Source: Schizochytrium sp. TIO01
Lineage: Eukaryota > Protista > Bigyra: Labyrinthulomycetes
Assembly (NCBI GenBank): GCA_004764695.1
Contig: SMSO01000032.1
Location: forward strand, 5,922,483 to 5,986,482
Reading direction: 5' to 3'
Length of the DNA: 64,000 bases
A model generated the notes under the pieces. That model did no database searches, was not told the origin of the DNA, and worked only from the letters and a program-made list of their open reading frames with translations. This document shows, piece by piece, positions 50,768-62,700 of the stretch (position 1 is the first letter of the stretch; every line of letters begins with the position of its first letter). A program made the translations under genes and the position numbers.

Positions 50768-52603
50768 TTATGCATTAGATTGGGTTGAGCCCATCATTTC
50801 AAAAACCTCTATAAGGGTTGCTAACTCTCTTTCCTTTTCAACTTCAGCCAAAGAAGCAGTACCTGGCATCTTCTTTGCTTCACCAAAATCAATGAAGTGA
50901 ACCATGCCTGCATCTGCATCAAAAGCAATATTTCGGTCTGCAATGTCTCCATGTAAAACGCCAGCTGCATGGATAAGTTGAAGCGACTCCACAGCCCGAT
51001 CTATAATCCACGGATGCCTATCAAGCATGAGACTAGTTGGATGTATACCCGAACTCGTCGTAGCGATCATTGGTCGTTGATGAAAGTGCCCGCCATAAAC
51101 AAGAAAAGGGACTGCAATTCCTTGGAGAGCACGCAAAGGACCATTATAAAAGTCAATCTCCTTCAGGAAATGCTGCAACTGACGATTGATTTCGTCAACA
51201 TCGTGAGAGGTGTGAATAACAAAAGTTTTGACGTACACATCACGCACACCACCAATTGCGTTTGTGGTAATACGTGCAGTGTCTGCCAAATTTCCTGCAC
51301 GTACAAATTGGAATGTAGATTTCCATGGTAGTGGCATACTGAAATGATTCTCATCAAGGGGAAGCAGATCTAAAAATCTTCTGCGTTTAATCTCGAGATC
51401 CTTAGGGAATTCCAGTGACGCATGCCTATGGTAATCTCTAATTTTCTCAAAAAATTCTCTTGCGGCATGACCTGCTGATGCATAGACTCTGTCAGAGTTC
51501 TCACTGTCTAGCCTCTCGTCACCGTAACTGTCTGCACAGTGGATGAAAAAATTAGCTTCGTCAATATTTTCACCATCATCAGATGGAAAATACTCAATGG
51601 CATCCTCGACGAGTCCATGTTTTAGACAGAACAAGAGGGCAAACAATGCCCGATTAGTTGTAATTGTTTCATCATCTGGACGAGACTCGCCCCTTGCGAA
51701 ACCACTTATTGGTGGAGTAATAAAAAGAGTGCCTTTGTTGTCTCGCTTAAGTAAGTAAGTAAATTCGTGGGTTGTATAAACCCCAAATCTGAGGCCGCGC
51801 GTTACCATGTAGCTGAAGAGTTGTTGAAGTCCAGCAAGAGCAGGTGCACTTAAATCATTTCGATTCGACATGGAGGCAGCCGTGGCACGGGAAAATAAAT
51901 TCGGTGACCGGGAGATCGTTACAACGTCGAGAGGCTTCTTGGCTTCAATAACCAAATAAGCGATTTCCCCAAAAAAAATTGTAACGTCGCTGCGAGACCC
52001 AACTCCGTTTGTTCGCTCAACGTCACTGTTGACATCGGACATGCCAAAGACAGATTTATCCTCACAAATGCTCTCAATGGGTGTGCAGCAGAACTTGTCG
52101 AAGTTCCTTCGGATGGTAGGTTCTTTGGATTGAATATTCAGAGACCGTGGCATTTTAAAGTTACTCCGACCAACTAGAAGAGATCGGTCATCGAGGGAAG
52201 TAACCCCTGTACTGATCACTTTATCGAAGATCTCTTCTCGGAACGATGCCATATGCCATTCACAAAGCTCGAGAAACTCAAGAGTCCAAGGCGATATTGC
52301 TGTACCAGCACGGGTTTCAGTGTGCGAGTCAACAGGTGAGCTCGTCAAATCATTGATCAGACGCATCCCAAGTCCTGCCCAAAGATATATTTTATAACCC
52401 CCGCTATCGAAGGCGTTTCGTTGGTTACCGCTCATGTAGCGAACGTAGGTCTCCATCTCCTGCATGACCTCGCTAGAGAAAATGCAGAAAGCATTTGGGG
52501 GTATTTGGTCAAGTCGGTTCTCCAGTTGATTTAGCGGGGTATTTGCCAGTTCGGCTAGAAGAGCTTCAGCATCAACCAAACCAGCGCCAGGTGGCTGAGC
52601 CAT
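50768..52603 (-). CDS. PD-(D/E)xK restriction-endonuclease-like domain fused to a protein-kinase-like domain (Crinkler-type architecture)
   Basis: RSDVTIF..VIEAKK..QQLFSYM..FGVYTT; C-terminal VYVK, HGDIADRNI, IDFG. Confidence 0.75.
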   Translation of the reverse strand: MAQPPGAGLVDAEALLAELANTPLNQLENRLDQIPPNAFCIFSSEVMQEMETYVRYMSGNQRNAFDSGGYKIYLWAGLGMRLINDLTSSPVDSHTETRAGTAISPWTLEFLELCEWHMASFREEIFDKVISTGVTSLDDRSLLVGRSNFKMPRSLNIQSKEPTIRRNFDKFCCTPIESICEDKSVFGMSDVNSDVERTNGVGSRSDVTIFFGEIAYLVIEAKKPLDVVTISRSPNLFSRATAASMSNRNDLSAPALAGLQQLFSYMVTRGLRFGVYTTHEFTYLLKRDNKGTLFITPPISGFARGESRPDDETITTNRALFALLFCLKHGLVEDAIEYFPSDDGENIDEANFFIHCADSYGDERLDSENSDRVYASAGHAAREFFEKIRDYHRHASLEFPKDLEIKRRRFLDLLPLDENHFSMPLPWKSTFQFVRAGNLADTARITTNAIGGVRDVYVKTFVIHTSHDVDEINRQLQHFLKEIDFYNGPLRALQGIAVPFLVYGGHFHQRPMIATTSSGIHPTSLMLDRHPWIIDRAVESLQLIHAAGVLHGDIADRNIAFDADAGMVHFIDFGEAKKMPGTASLAEVEKERELATLIEVFEMMGSTQSNA

Positions 52604-52887
52604 GGCACGTTTGGGCTAGCTTTCACTCCAAAGGGGACAGGGATGTCGCTAGTGCCTTGTTGCCTTCCGAGTGATGGCTTGCTAGCTTGCCTTGCAACTG
52701 GTTTGCGACTGATGACCTGCCAGCTAGTTTGTGTTTGCCCAACCTTGTTGTTGCATCGTGAACAATGAAAATTTTTGAATTTTTATTATTTTAACACTAT
52801 AACAAGTTGACTATAATAAACTATAGCAATACATGAAAATGATTTCTTACTCTCACATACGCCTATTTACACATTTCAATAAGGTAT

Positions 52888-53545
52888 CACTCACTCACTC
52901 ACTTATTTACACACCTACAGTAGTGTTGATTTAATCAGAAATTATATCATTTTTGAAAAAATAACTCACTCACTCGCTCTCTCACTCACTCACTAACTCA
53001 CTCACTCACTCACTCGCTCTCTCTCTCACTCACTCACTCTCACTCACTCACTCACTCTCTCACTCACTCAATCACTCACTCACTCGCTCTCTCACTCACT
53101 CACTCACTCACTCGCTCACTCACTCACTCACTCGCTCACTCACCCACTCACTCACTCGCTCACTCACTCAATCACTCACTCACTCACTCACTCACTCACT
53201 CAATCACTCACTCACACACTCACTCACACACTCACTCACTCGCTCACTCACTCACTCACTCGCTCACTCACCCACTCACTCACTCACTCACTCACTCAAT
53301 CACTCACTCACTCACTCACACACTCAATCACTCACTCACACACTCACTCACACACTCACTCACTCACACACTCACTAATTTACACACCCACAGTAGTGTT
53401 ATCAGAAATTATATCATTTTTGAAAAAATTAATTTAATATTGGTCGAAAAGAAAATCAAATAAGCACTCCTTCTCTCAGTCACTCATTCCTTCACTCACT
53501 CACTCACTTTCTCTCTCACTCACTTCCTCACTCACTAACTCACCT
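52888..53545 (+). repeat. (TCAC)n microsatellite (~420 bp core) bracketed by a ~55-bp direct repeat
   Basis: tttacacacc(t/c)acagtagtgtt...atcagaaattatatcatttttgaaaaaat at ~52907 and ~53379. Confidence 0.95.
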
Positions 53546-53676
53546 ACTTACAATGGTTTTTGAATAAGTATTAAGTAACTATTACTATTTAAAATCTTGA
53601 AGAATCTAAAACTTCAAACCCCGAATTCCAAACTCATTCTACAAAGGACTGTAGGCATTAGCTCAAGAAGGAAGCC

Positions 53677-55581
53677 ATGGATACTGCTAAGAATGAATAT
53701 GCAAAGGTGCTTGAGACCATCCAGCACATACGCAAGCAGGCCGGTGGTGAGCTCGAAATTCCTCAAATTTGTGTCCTTGGTGACCAAAGTAGTGGAAAAT
53801 CCACATGGCTATCGTCTGTCGTTTCTGGTCTCAAAGGAGTGCTCCCAGCTGGCCGTGGTACGGTAACACTTTGCCCTATTGTAGTGCATGTCAGGTGTGG
53901 CGAAAGTAGACATGTCGTTATTCGTAACACTGGGCAAAAAATCCAGACCGATACAACAGATTGGCAGAAAACTGCTCGGACAGCGCTTGAGGAACTCATG
54001 AAAAAAGTCACGAGTAGCTCTGACAGTGAATATGAAGACGGATACAGTACTAGTAGTGAAATTACAGGACAACCTCCGATTCATGTCAGTAAAGAAGAAA
54101 TCACGGTTGAATACAGTGCTCCTGATGTACAAGATTTAGTTCTAGTTGACCTTCCCGGATTAACCCAAGCAGGTCCGTTTGTAGACGACATCGAAAAGAT
54201 GGCGAGGAAATATATCAATCCCGTCTCGACACTGATTGTGATAACAAGAGAGGCTGATTTGGATCCAGATCGGGCAGCTGCAGTCAGACTTGCTAACGAA
54301 GCAGATCCGGATGGAGATAGAACAATGGTTGTGTTAACAAAATGTGATATTTTTTCGAACGACGAAGGAAGAAAGGCAGTTCTGAAGGAGATTTCCAATC
54401 AGAACTCGCCCGATGTTTCGAAAAACGATAGTTTGGCTATTCACCTGACTTGCTGTGACCCACAAGATACGACGGAGGATGACTACTTCAAACTCAATAA
54501 CTTTAATGACTATCAAAATGTTGGGTCCAAAGACCTTGCTGATCGAAGATTACCTAGTTTACTTGCAGGGCGGATTTTGGGCTGCAAGCAAAACCTGGTA
54601 GAGCAAATATATACTAAACTAGAACAGTCACGCAAATTCTTGCGCCAAGCCGGACGCTGTCCAAAAAACCAAGACATAATTTGCTCAGAATTTGTCAGCC
54701 ATGTTTGCGAGGTCGTCAACATGGAACAACTTCTATCACCTCTTCTACCACGCCTTTCTGACGTGAAGATTGAAGCAGAATGGACAAATGAAAGACACAA
54801 ACCCAATTTATTCAAGCCATCCTTTTATCAAGGACTAACTAGTTTTGACCGTTGCATTAAAGATGCATCTGATGAGTTTATGAGACCATGCACAGAGACC
54901 CTTTGCACTGATGTGCGCAATCTTCTCGACACCATTCCAGAAAAAGTATTTCAAAATTATCACCACACTAGCCATGACCTTGAATCTGCATTTAAGTTAA
55001 TATGGCTTAACAAAAAGAATGAAATAATGAATACCTTGCGCAAGAGAACCGTGGATATTATAGACTCGGAGTCGCGCTTCGCAACAATGAACGATCATTA
55101 TCTCCAGGTGGAACTCTTGTGCCAGCTCTTTACACCTGATTTAGTAGTTGCAAGTCTAGCAAATGCTATTGAAGACCACCATATCAGTTATGAAGACAGA
55201 AGAAACAACACAATTTTACATGAGAAGGACGATAGATCAAAAGAGCTGCAAACTGTTTTTCATAGCGTTCTAGACCACCATTTCACTACCGTTGTGAAAT
55301 CTCAGGCAGAAGAGTTTCAACAGAGACATCTTCATGCTGCGGTGAAGGCTTATTGGAAAGTTTCTCGCAAACGATTTTGTGATAATATGATGCAAACCAT
55401 TCGCGATGTAGTGATCAAAGATGGCTGGCTTGCGTTTTGCCGTGCTCTCAATGGATTAGAGGAGATTAAGAATTCCTGTAAAGAACCTGATACTGTCAAG
55501 CAAGACCGTACTCTCTATTTAGAACTAGAAGAAAACATGAAAACGTGTCTTCAACTTGCGCAAGAACTGCCATCGGTATGA
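53677..55581 (+). CDS. Dynamin-family (Mx/DRP-like) GTPase
   Basis: IPQICVLGDQSSGKS (G1), VTLCP (G2), LVDLPG (G3), LTKCD (G4); GED-like AYWKVSRKRFCD. Confidence 0.93.
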   Translation: MDTAKNEYAKVLETIQHIRKQAGGELEIPQICVLGDQSSGKSTWLSSVVSGLKGVLPAGRGTVTLCPIVVHVRCGESRHVVIRNTGQKIQTDTTDWQKTARTALEELMKKVTSSSDSEYEDGYSTSSEITGQPPIHVSKEEITVEYSAPDVQDLVLVDLPGLTQAGPFVDDIEKMARKYINPVSTLIVITREADLDPDRAAAVRLANEADPDGDRTMVVLTKCDIFSNDEGRKAVLKEISNQNSPDVSKNDSLAIHLTCCDPQDTTEDDYFKLNNFNDYQNVGSKDLADRRLPSLLAGRILGCKQNLVEQIYTKLEQSRKFLRQAGRCPKNQDIICSEFVSHVCEVVNMEQLLSPLLPRLSDVKIEAEWTNERHKPNLFKPSFYQGLTSFDRCIKDASDEFMRPCTETLCTDVRNLLDTIPEKVFQNYHHTSHDLESAFKLIWLNKKNEIMNTLRKRTVDIIDSESRFATMNDHYLQVELLCQLFTPDLVVASLANAIEDHHISYEDRRNNTILHEKDDRSKELQTVFHSVLDHHFTTVVKSQAEEFQQRHLHAAVKAYWKVSRKRFCDNMMQTIRDVVIKDGWLAFCRALNGLEEIKNSCKEPDTVKQDRTLYLELEENMKTCLQLAQELPSV

Positions 55582-55629
55582 AAATTATGAATGATCAAAT
55601 TGGTTAAAATGGAATCAATGTTTTCTTGT

Positions 55630-56961
55630 TTAATCTTCTTCTTTTTGACGTTTTGGTTTTGGTTCTGTTTCTGACTGAGATTCACTATCTTCTCCTCTTT
55701 GCCGTTTGCTAGTATTTTGGGCTATAAAACTATGATACTTACGAAGCAATAGTATTGCTCTGTAGCTACTCATATCCTGATTATGCCCTTCGGTATCCTT
55801 TTCTAACAAAATATCATTTGTTTCTTGTAGTACCTTTTTTGATAGGGCTTGCACTGCTGTTAAAAAAAAACGTTTATCTGTACTAAAAACATGCTCGATT
55901 GCATCAATTGACTTTTTAATGGCTTTACACGCCACCTCGGGATCATTTTTTTGTTTTGATGATGCAAACTCAATGGCTCTCCAATCTGATTCAAGTGCCA
56001 TCAAAATTTCTTCCGTTGAGGGCTCATGAATAGCCTCTATAGCTCTCCAGTTGGATCTAATTGCCACAAGCGCCATTGTGGGGTCTCTAATGCACTTGGG
56101 TACATATCGAATCGCCAATCCGTTTTGGTGAATGGCTACTGCAATGACTTCTATATCCTTTTTAAGCCTGGCCGATGCATAGCGTAGAAATAGCCCCTCA
56201 GCGGAAACAGCTTCAATCATCAAACTCTTATCGTCTAATATGCTATCGTGAACGTTTTTCATTGCGGAGAGTCCCTTCTCCTTGTGTTGGGTGATGATTC
56301 TGAAAACCTCAACATCCTTTCTCCAAAAAGGATCTACCCAGTAAATATTATTAGGATCCATGTGAATTGCTAACATGACCATTTCCTTATCCTGCTTAAT
56401 TTCTTGGGACGCGTACTGAAATGTGCGGGGGTTAATTGTGAGAAGTTCTTTGATAAATTCTCTATCTTCGCGAATGCGACTCGTTGTTAAAGCGAGTATC
56501 TTCTCCCCTGCACCAGCTTCCATGGCCAGAGTAATCATTTTTTTATCTTCCTTAATTGACTTTGAGAAACGGGGGAAGAAATTATGAGGATCGGTTGGAA
56601 TGATAATTTTTGCAAATTCTTCATTCTTCCACATTTTGGGATGCACCAAAAACATGTTCTTCGCTAGCTGGATCGCAGAAACATTGATATCAATGTCCCA
56701 TTTTAATGGATTCATTGTTTTGTCTTCGGTAATCAACTCAAAGTACTCTGGTTTTTCCTCGATAACCTGAAGCATGATTTCTTTATCCTTCCAGAACATT
56801 GGGTCAACATGATTTATATAATCAATGGAACGTTTTAATGCAGCTAGTATAAACTCCCTATCTACCCTTATCTGACTTGGAATATCATTGATAATATCAT
56901 TGATATCAATGTGAGTTATCAACTCCAAGGATAACCTTTTCCATACTTCCGAGGTCGTCAT
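55630..56961 (-). CDS. DUF4116-repeat protein
   Basis: Repeated DKE(I/M)V..A..., LRYAS.RLKKDIEV, IEFAS...KNDPEV; C-terminal KPKRQK. Confidence 0.8.
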   Translation of the reverse strand: MTTSEVWKRLSLELITHIDINDIINDIPSQIRVDREFILAALKRSIDYINHVDPMFWKDKEIMLQVIEEKPEYFELITEDKTMNPLKWDIDINVSAIQLAKNMFLVHPKMWKNEEFAKIIIPTDPHNFFPRFSKSIKEDKKMITLAMEAGAGEKILALTTSRIREDREFIKELLTINPRTFQYASQEIKQDKEMVMLAIHMDPNNIYWVDPFWRKDVEVFRIITQHKEKGLSAMKNVHDSILDDKSLMIEAVSAEGLFLRYASARLKKDIEVIAVAIHQNGLAIRYVPKCIRDPTMALVAIRSNWRAIEAIHEPSTEEILMALESDWRAIEFASSKQKNDPEVACKAIKKSIDAIEHVFSTDKRFFLTAVQALSKKVLQETNDILLEKDTEGHNQDMSSYRAILLLRKYHSFIAQNTSKRQRGEDSESQSETEPKPKRQKEED

Positions 56962-57040
56962 TTTCTCGAAACTGCCTTTTTTTCCAACTTGACAATATAT
57001 TACTAAATAATGTCAACAGAACCGTAACTAATTGTGCAAC

Positions 57041-59005
57041 ATGATTCAAACGCTCTTGGTGTTCCTGTGCTGTTTCTCCGCTGTGGCTCACGTGACGGCT
57101 TTCCTACCGCCCGCCCCACACGCACCGCCGCTGCAGATTGTCATTCCCCGAGATGCATACGGTCTGGATAGTATTACCATTACGCTACAGCAGGGTCATG
57201 TTCCGTACAAGAACCCGGCGGATGCCCCTCGAAACCCCGCCCGTCCTCCTTTCTACCGCTTTTCGGATAAATTAATTGGCTGGGCGTTCGCTGAGCACAA
57301 CGCTGAAACTGGGCGAATTGAGGGTCAGTTTTATGATGCTGCACGTGACAATATCACCCCGTTTCACTCGACTATCCAACGCCCTGGTATTTCGCGGCAC
57401 CTGACTAGCACGGGCGACTCTTCTTACACATCAGGTGGTGACTCGGATGATGAGGAAAACTACTATAGTTCTATTTATAGCAGTGAGTACTCTACCCCGT
57501 TCGAATTTGAGTTCTTCGAAAATTCTTCGAATAACGACACAGAGGGAATTCTATGCAAGGCCGTTGAACTGGAGGAAACCAACGCTGCTGGCGATCGTCT
57601 CTTAGGTGTGTCTAGTTCGGGATCCGTTCCCGCAACCGTCGGCGATCACGTTTACTATGGCAATAACAGCTGCTATTCGGGCGATGCTAGTTTGCACGAA
57701 TTTGCGCTAGGTATTACGATTCATTCGAGTGTCTTGGATCAATATGGAAGCCAATCTGCAGCTCTGACTGCAATCGAAACTTCCATCGCCAAGGCCTCCG
57801 TGATTTACGAGTATCAATTCAATCTTCAACTCTCCATTGATCAAGTCATTGTATCTGGAGAGACAGGTGCCACGGGTGATATCTACACGAGTTGCTACAG
57901 TGATTCTAAACAAATCGAAGATTGGTTGGCTAGCTACGTAAGCTATCGCCGTTCCACCTCTTCCGGTTCTTCATCGGGTGCCTGGCTTCATTTTATGGAC
58001 TGTGGTACTAGCGACTCTTATGCGGGTATTGCCTATGTAGGTTCTGCAGGTTGTGGTCATGATAAGTATGGCTATAACACTGGTATTGTTAAGACTTCTT
58101 ACCCTTCCACTATGTGGCGGCTGTTCGCCCACGAGTTGGGGCACTTGTTTGGTGCACACCACTCGACAACCAACGGCATCATGAGCTACGGCTCGCCTCT
58201 CGTTGACGGCCGGCCTCTTTTTAAGCAGGAACGTGTTGACGAAATGTGCCCGGTGATGGAAAATATGGAAGCCGAGTCATGTGAGTATTTCTCGAAAGTT
58301 CCTCTGGAACTGGTCCGTAACTTGACTGTTGCCGAAAGAACTTGTAGCTTCAGCGATTCTTCCGACTGTAATGAACAAAGTAACTATTGCACCTGGTCTG
58401 ATGGAGAGTGCCGTTTCCAGCCGTTCCACCTGCTTCCCCCTGGCACGCAGTGCAGACGCGGTAGCAACCGTCGTGCCAAATGGTTGACTAGCGTTGACGC
58501 CCCTAGTATGTCATCGTGTATGACAGCTTGTGCTTATGATGGGTCGTGTTACGGCGTCGATTATAATGAAAATACACTGGCTTGTGATATGTGGACAGTT
58601 CCTATCACGCGTGCTAAGATTCTCGGTTCCTCACCCGAGTCACGGTGTATTATCCTAAATTCCGACGCACCACTGACTAATCTTGAGTGTGCAACTTCCA
58701 ACGAGGAATGTTCCGGAAACTGTTCCTTTTCTTTGCTCCGGAACACTTGTGGTGACAAGTCCTTCAAGTTGATGAGTAATAGCACAGGTCAGTGTCAGTA
58801 TAATGGGCGCGACCGAAGCAGCTACCGAACGCTTACGAAGAATATCCCTACTCTCCATGCCTGTATGCAACTATGCGACGATAGTTGCGGTGCCGTAGAC
58901 TACCAGGCTAGTCGTAAGAAGTGTATTTTGTGGAACAAGACTAAACTTCCTACAGACGTCGGCTCTAATAATTCGCGGAAATGCTACGTAAAAATTAACA
59001 TTTAA
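57041..59005 (+). CDS. Secreted M12B/reprolysin-like zinc metalloprotease with C-terminal PAN/apple domains
   Basis: Signal peptide; AGIAYVG; HELGHLFGAHH; Met-turn GIMSY; C..AC....C.GVDY......C.MW PAN pattern twice. Confidence 0.9.
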   Translation: MIQTLLVFLCCFSAVAHVTAFLPPAPHAPPLQIVIPRDAYGLDSITITLQQGHVPYKNPADAPRNPARPPFYRFSDKLIGWAFAEHNAETGRIEGQFYDAARDNITPFHSTIQRPGISRHLTSTGDSSYTSGGDSDDEENYYSSIYSSEYSTPFEFEFFENSSNNDTEGILCKAVELEETNAAGDRLLGVSSSGSVPATVGDHVYYGNNSCYSGDASLHEFALGITIHSSVLDQYGSQSAALTAIETSIAKASVIYEYQFNLQLSIDQVIVSGETGATGDIYTSCYSDSKQIEDWLASYVSYRRSTSSGSSSGAWLHFMDCGTSDSYAGIAYVGSAGCGHDKYGYNTGIVKTSYPSTMWRLFAHELGHLFGAHHSTTNGIMSYGSPLVDGRPLFKQERVDEMCPVMENMEAESCEYFSKVPLELVRNLTVAERTCSFSDSSDCNEQSNYCTWSDGECRFQPFHLLPPGTQCRRGSNRRAKWLTSVDAPSMSSCMTACAYDGSCYGVDYNENTLACDMWTVPITRAKILGSSPESRCIILNSDAPLTNLECATSNEECSGNCSFSLLRNTCGDKSFKLMSNSTGQCQYNGRDRSSYRTLTKNIPTLHACMQLCDDSCGAVDYQASRKKCILWNKTKLPTDVGSNNSRKCYVKINI

Positions 59006-59024
59006 GAATGTTCTGGAATATTCT
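59005..59024. promoter_or_regulatory. Perfect four-unit heat-shock-element-like site
   Basis: aGAAt gTTCt gGAAt aTTCt upstream of the 59148 gene. Confidence 0.55.
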
Positions 59025-59147
59025 CCTTGGACACTCCCCATTCAAAGCAAAAAAACGTCAGCAAACCCAAAACTAATCGAGAGCGACTTGCGTGACAACG
59101 ACTTGCCTTGAGTAGTATCTGGTACTAGTTATTATAACACTATAGGA

Positions 59148-59720
59148 ATGTGTAAACGAGCCGATCTCAGCACTAGCCATGCAACCACCGGGAGCAAGGC
59201 ACCTATGAATTCCAAAAGCAGCAAATCCCAAACTGCAAGTAGGTCTTTTTCTCCTTCTAAGAAAACAACAGCAAGAAAACGATGTGAACAAGCGGGCTGT
59301 ACCAACATTGCAGTTTCAGGCAACCGCTGTGTCGCTCACGGGGGTGGTGTGAGGTGCAAGTATGAGGGTTGTGACAAGTACGCTCCCTACAATGGTCTTT
59401 GTAAAAGTCACGGTGGCAGTCGCAAGTGTACAGCCCATGATTGTAATAAAAATGCCCTTAGTCGAGGCTTTTGTGCGACCCACGGGGGTGGAGCTCGTTG
59501 CAAGGAGGATGGATGCAGCAAACTAAGACTTACGGGTGGTTTCTGTCGCCAACACGGTGGGGGCAGAGTTTGCAAAATCGAAGATTGTGATAGTCTAGCA
59601 CGCGTAGGTGGTCTCTGCATAAACCACGGTGGTGGTCCTAGATCTAGATGTACCATTCATGGCTGCAAACTCATCATTCGTAAAAATAATCTTTGTAGAA
59701 AACATTTAGAAACTAAATAG
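59148..59720 (+). CDS. 'WRKY19-like' Cys/His zinc-finger repeat protein
   Basis: About 6 repeats of C-x4-C-x(7-8)-G-x-C-x2-H(GGG); no WRKYGQK. Confidence 0.85.
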   Translation: MCKRADLSTSHATTGSKAPMNSKSSKSQTASRSFSPSKKTTARKRCEQAGCTNIAVSGNRCVAHGGGVRCKYEGCDKYAPYNGLCKSHGGSRKCTAHDCNKNALSRGFCATHGGGARCKEDGCSKLRLTGGFCRQHGGGRVCKIEDCDSLARVGGLCINHGGGPRSRCTIHGCKLIIRKNNLCRKHLETK

Positions 59721-59774
59721 AGGCCTTTAATTATATGACTAACTGAATTTCTAGTTCAATAGATTCATGTAGAT

Positions 59775-62700
59775 ATGCTTTTGCATTCATTTGTTGTATT
59801 TTTCGTTATACTTGTCCACGACATCTCGGCAACATTTATTGCAGACAGCAGTCTATTTGCAAATTACCAAGACTGTAACACTGATTACTACACAACGGGC
59901 AAGCAGCTTTATACTACAAATGCAACATTTCTCACCACTACAAGCTACTCGTACAGCACGAGTTCAGGTGCAGACGTTTCTGCATGCGCCCAAGAATGCT
60001 ATGATTATAACCGGAATAATGAAGGATCCGTCCCGTGTAACCTAATGATGATTTTGTTTGAAACCTCGGGTTCCACTTCCGGATCCTTTGGTTGTGCGCT
60101 TTACAACGGTAATGAATTCAATATCATCGATGCTAGCAGTGCTAACCAGGTCCAAGTTGCTGTTTTCAATGACTGGATTACTCCCGACTGCAAGGGTAAC
60201 ATGATGAACAGCACTGAATCTGCTGCTTACGATGACTACAAATGGTCCTATTTTACCCACTGTAAGAACCCTGGTAATGCGTATAGCATTGGTACTCCAT
60301 CTTATGGTACCATAAGCGAGTGTATTGCCCGGTGTGAAGCCACAGACTTGTGCGTGGCTATTCAATTCAATGAAATCAATAAGTGTGCAATGTACAAACA
60401 ATGCATGTTCGAACCCCATAAAGACCAAGAGTACACTCTCTTACGCCAGCGCTTCGGCACCGCAGAGACAACCGTTACCGGAGCTACTGAATGCTTAGAG
60501 ACCCCCTACTATAGTGGTAATAGTGTTAGTTTGGTGCCTGAATGTGACAGTCTTTGTTGGAATGACCGACAGTGTGCTGCGTTTCGATTGGATCTAGATC
60601 GAAAGTGCTACTTGTACAATTCATGTTATCAAATGGACTCTAGTGATCTCCTCTCAACAGTTTACGTTGAAAATGAAGACACCGATCTTCGTACGCGACC
60701 CCCTACTCCTAGTCCTACTAACCGCCCTACTACACGCGCGCCGACCTCATTTCCTACTGGCAGTCCAACTTCTCCTACCGTTTATGCTACCCAGGCGCCT
60801 ACTAGCCCTACCCCCTACCCCACACCCCAACCCTCAACTGTTTGCTACACTGATACCTTGTATTCTTATGTTCAGGTTGGTGATATTGGCATCAATAATA
60901 TTACTGATGTAAATTTGAATTCCCAAATGTGTCCTGAAAAGCCATTTATTGGTACCTACAGATCAGCCTTGGTCTCGGGGTCACCACTGGTCACCGATCC
61001 TGACACTTTTGATGCACTCGAGCCTAGCACCAAGTTGGCTCTAATTGAACAGGACATTAGTGATCCCTTTTTAGTTGACATTGCATCAATGACTGATACA
61101 GAGATTAATGAAAGTTGTTTGACTGCGGCCGATTGCCGAGTACCTCCTCTATTGGGAATCATGCGCAAGGTCTCTGACGATAGCATTTGGCGCCCGAGTG
61201 TTAACACTGGCAGTAGTGCCTACAAAGATTTAAAGGGTGCTTGGTGCTGTGAAACAAACCAGTATGTTGAAGGTTTTGGGTACTATGTTCGTAATAGTAA
61301 CGGCAAAACTATTGGGCGAATGTACCCAGCTGTTCGGCATCAATTCCGTCAGTCCGCCACTTTGAATGACATTATCACCTATCCTTCTGGATCCTCAATT
61401 GATGAAGCCAAGATTCTCCGTGTGGAATTCACAATGTCTAGCACTAAGCTTTACATCTATGTAGACAATACATGTAACGTTCTCAATGGCAACCATTGGT
61501 CCAACGGATTTTACGGAAATCAGGGTCGCACCGCGGGTGGCTTTTTCCACGAAGTCATCTTCAAAAGTAGTAATACCAATCTTCCGAGTACACACGGTCC
61601 CGCGAATCAGGCCAATGGGCCTCGTCCTTATGATTCCAACTCTTTCACTGTGCAGTATCTGGGTAATTTTGATGGTAGCAGTACAACCATGGAATGGGCA
61701 GCAGTTAAGAACTTTTGGTACACTGTTAGTGTTGGAACTACGGATACGGGCAACAAAAGAATGGCTGCTGCCCACCTTAAGACCGCATTGGAATGGCTAT
61801 TCCTTGCACCACCTAAGGGTAACTTGGCAGTGGGTCTACTGTACGTGTTTGCATCCAAAATGTTTCTTGACAAGGTAGGAACCAACAAGTACACTCCTGG
61901 AATGATGGATTTTACGCTTGTTGAGAATCATCAGGGTGAGTTTTACACATTCATGGAGCCTCTCCTTGATTACCTCCTCGAAGCAGACCCGTCTTCATCC
62001 AATGGTTACTCTCGTATTTACCACGCTTTAATTGAACTGGACGGATTTGATAATTGTAAAGATTCCATGATGAGTGACTTTTACGATCAATTTGCAAGTA
62101 CTTCTTCTAGTACCCGCAAGCCACCTGAACAGGGATGTCTAGGTGCAACCCCTGAAACTTCAATTATGGACTGTGGCAAGTGGCATTCTAGGCGTTGTTC
62201 GAACACAATTAATGTTCTGTACGAGGCTCGTGCACTTCAATGGTCTGCCTTCCACAACTCAATGCCTCAGTGTTCTGAGTGTCCTGGATTTATTGGTTGG
62301 TGGCGTTCAGGAGCCACAGAAAGTCCGTATCAAAAGATTTTGGACATGACTGTTTTCCCTCAATGCCTTCCATTCATGGACACGACTGGCATTAAAACTG
62401 ATCTAGGATTTGATATGAGTGATGCCTCTGCTTATGAAATAGATTACAATGAGGGTTTCACATGCGATAAGAATGGTTGTCGATTTACTGATGTGCTCGA
62501 GGTTGATTTATCATTTGTAACAGAGGCCGTTTCTTCACGCGTATGTGCTAGTTCTGGCGACTGGTTGGCCACCAGTACAACCAGCACACTTGACATTTGC
62601 CGCGAAACTTGTTATTCTGAAACCTACAGCACTTGTGCATCATTTAGTTACAACACCAATACAAAGTCATGTAAAATGTATGCATCTTGCACAGAGATTA

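Noticed and set aside
59148-59720. Bona fide WRKY transcription factor
   Set aside because: No WRKYGQK domain; only the Cys/His GGG repeats
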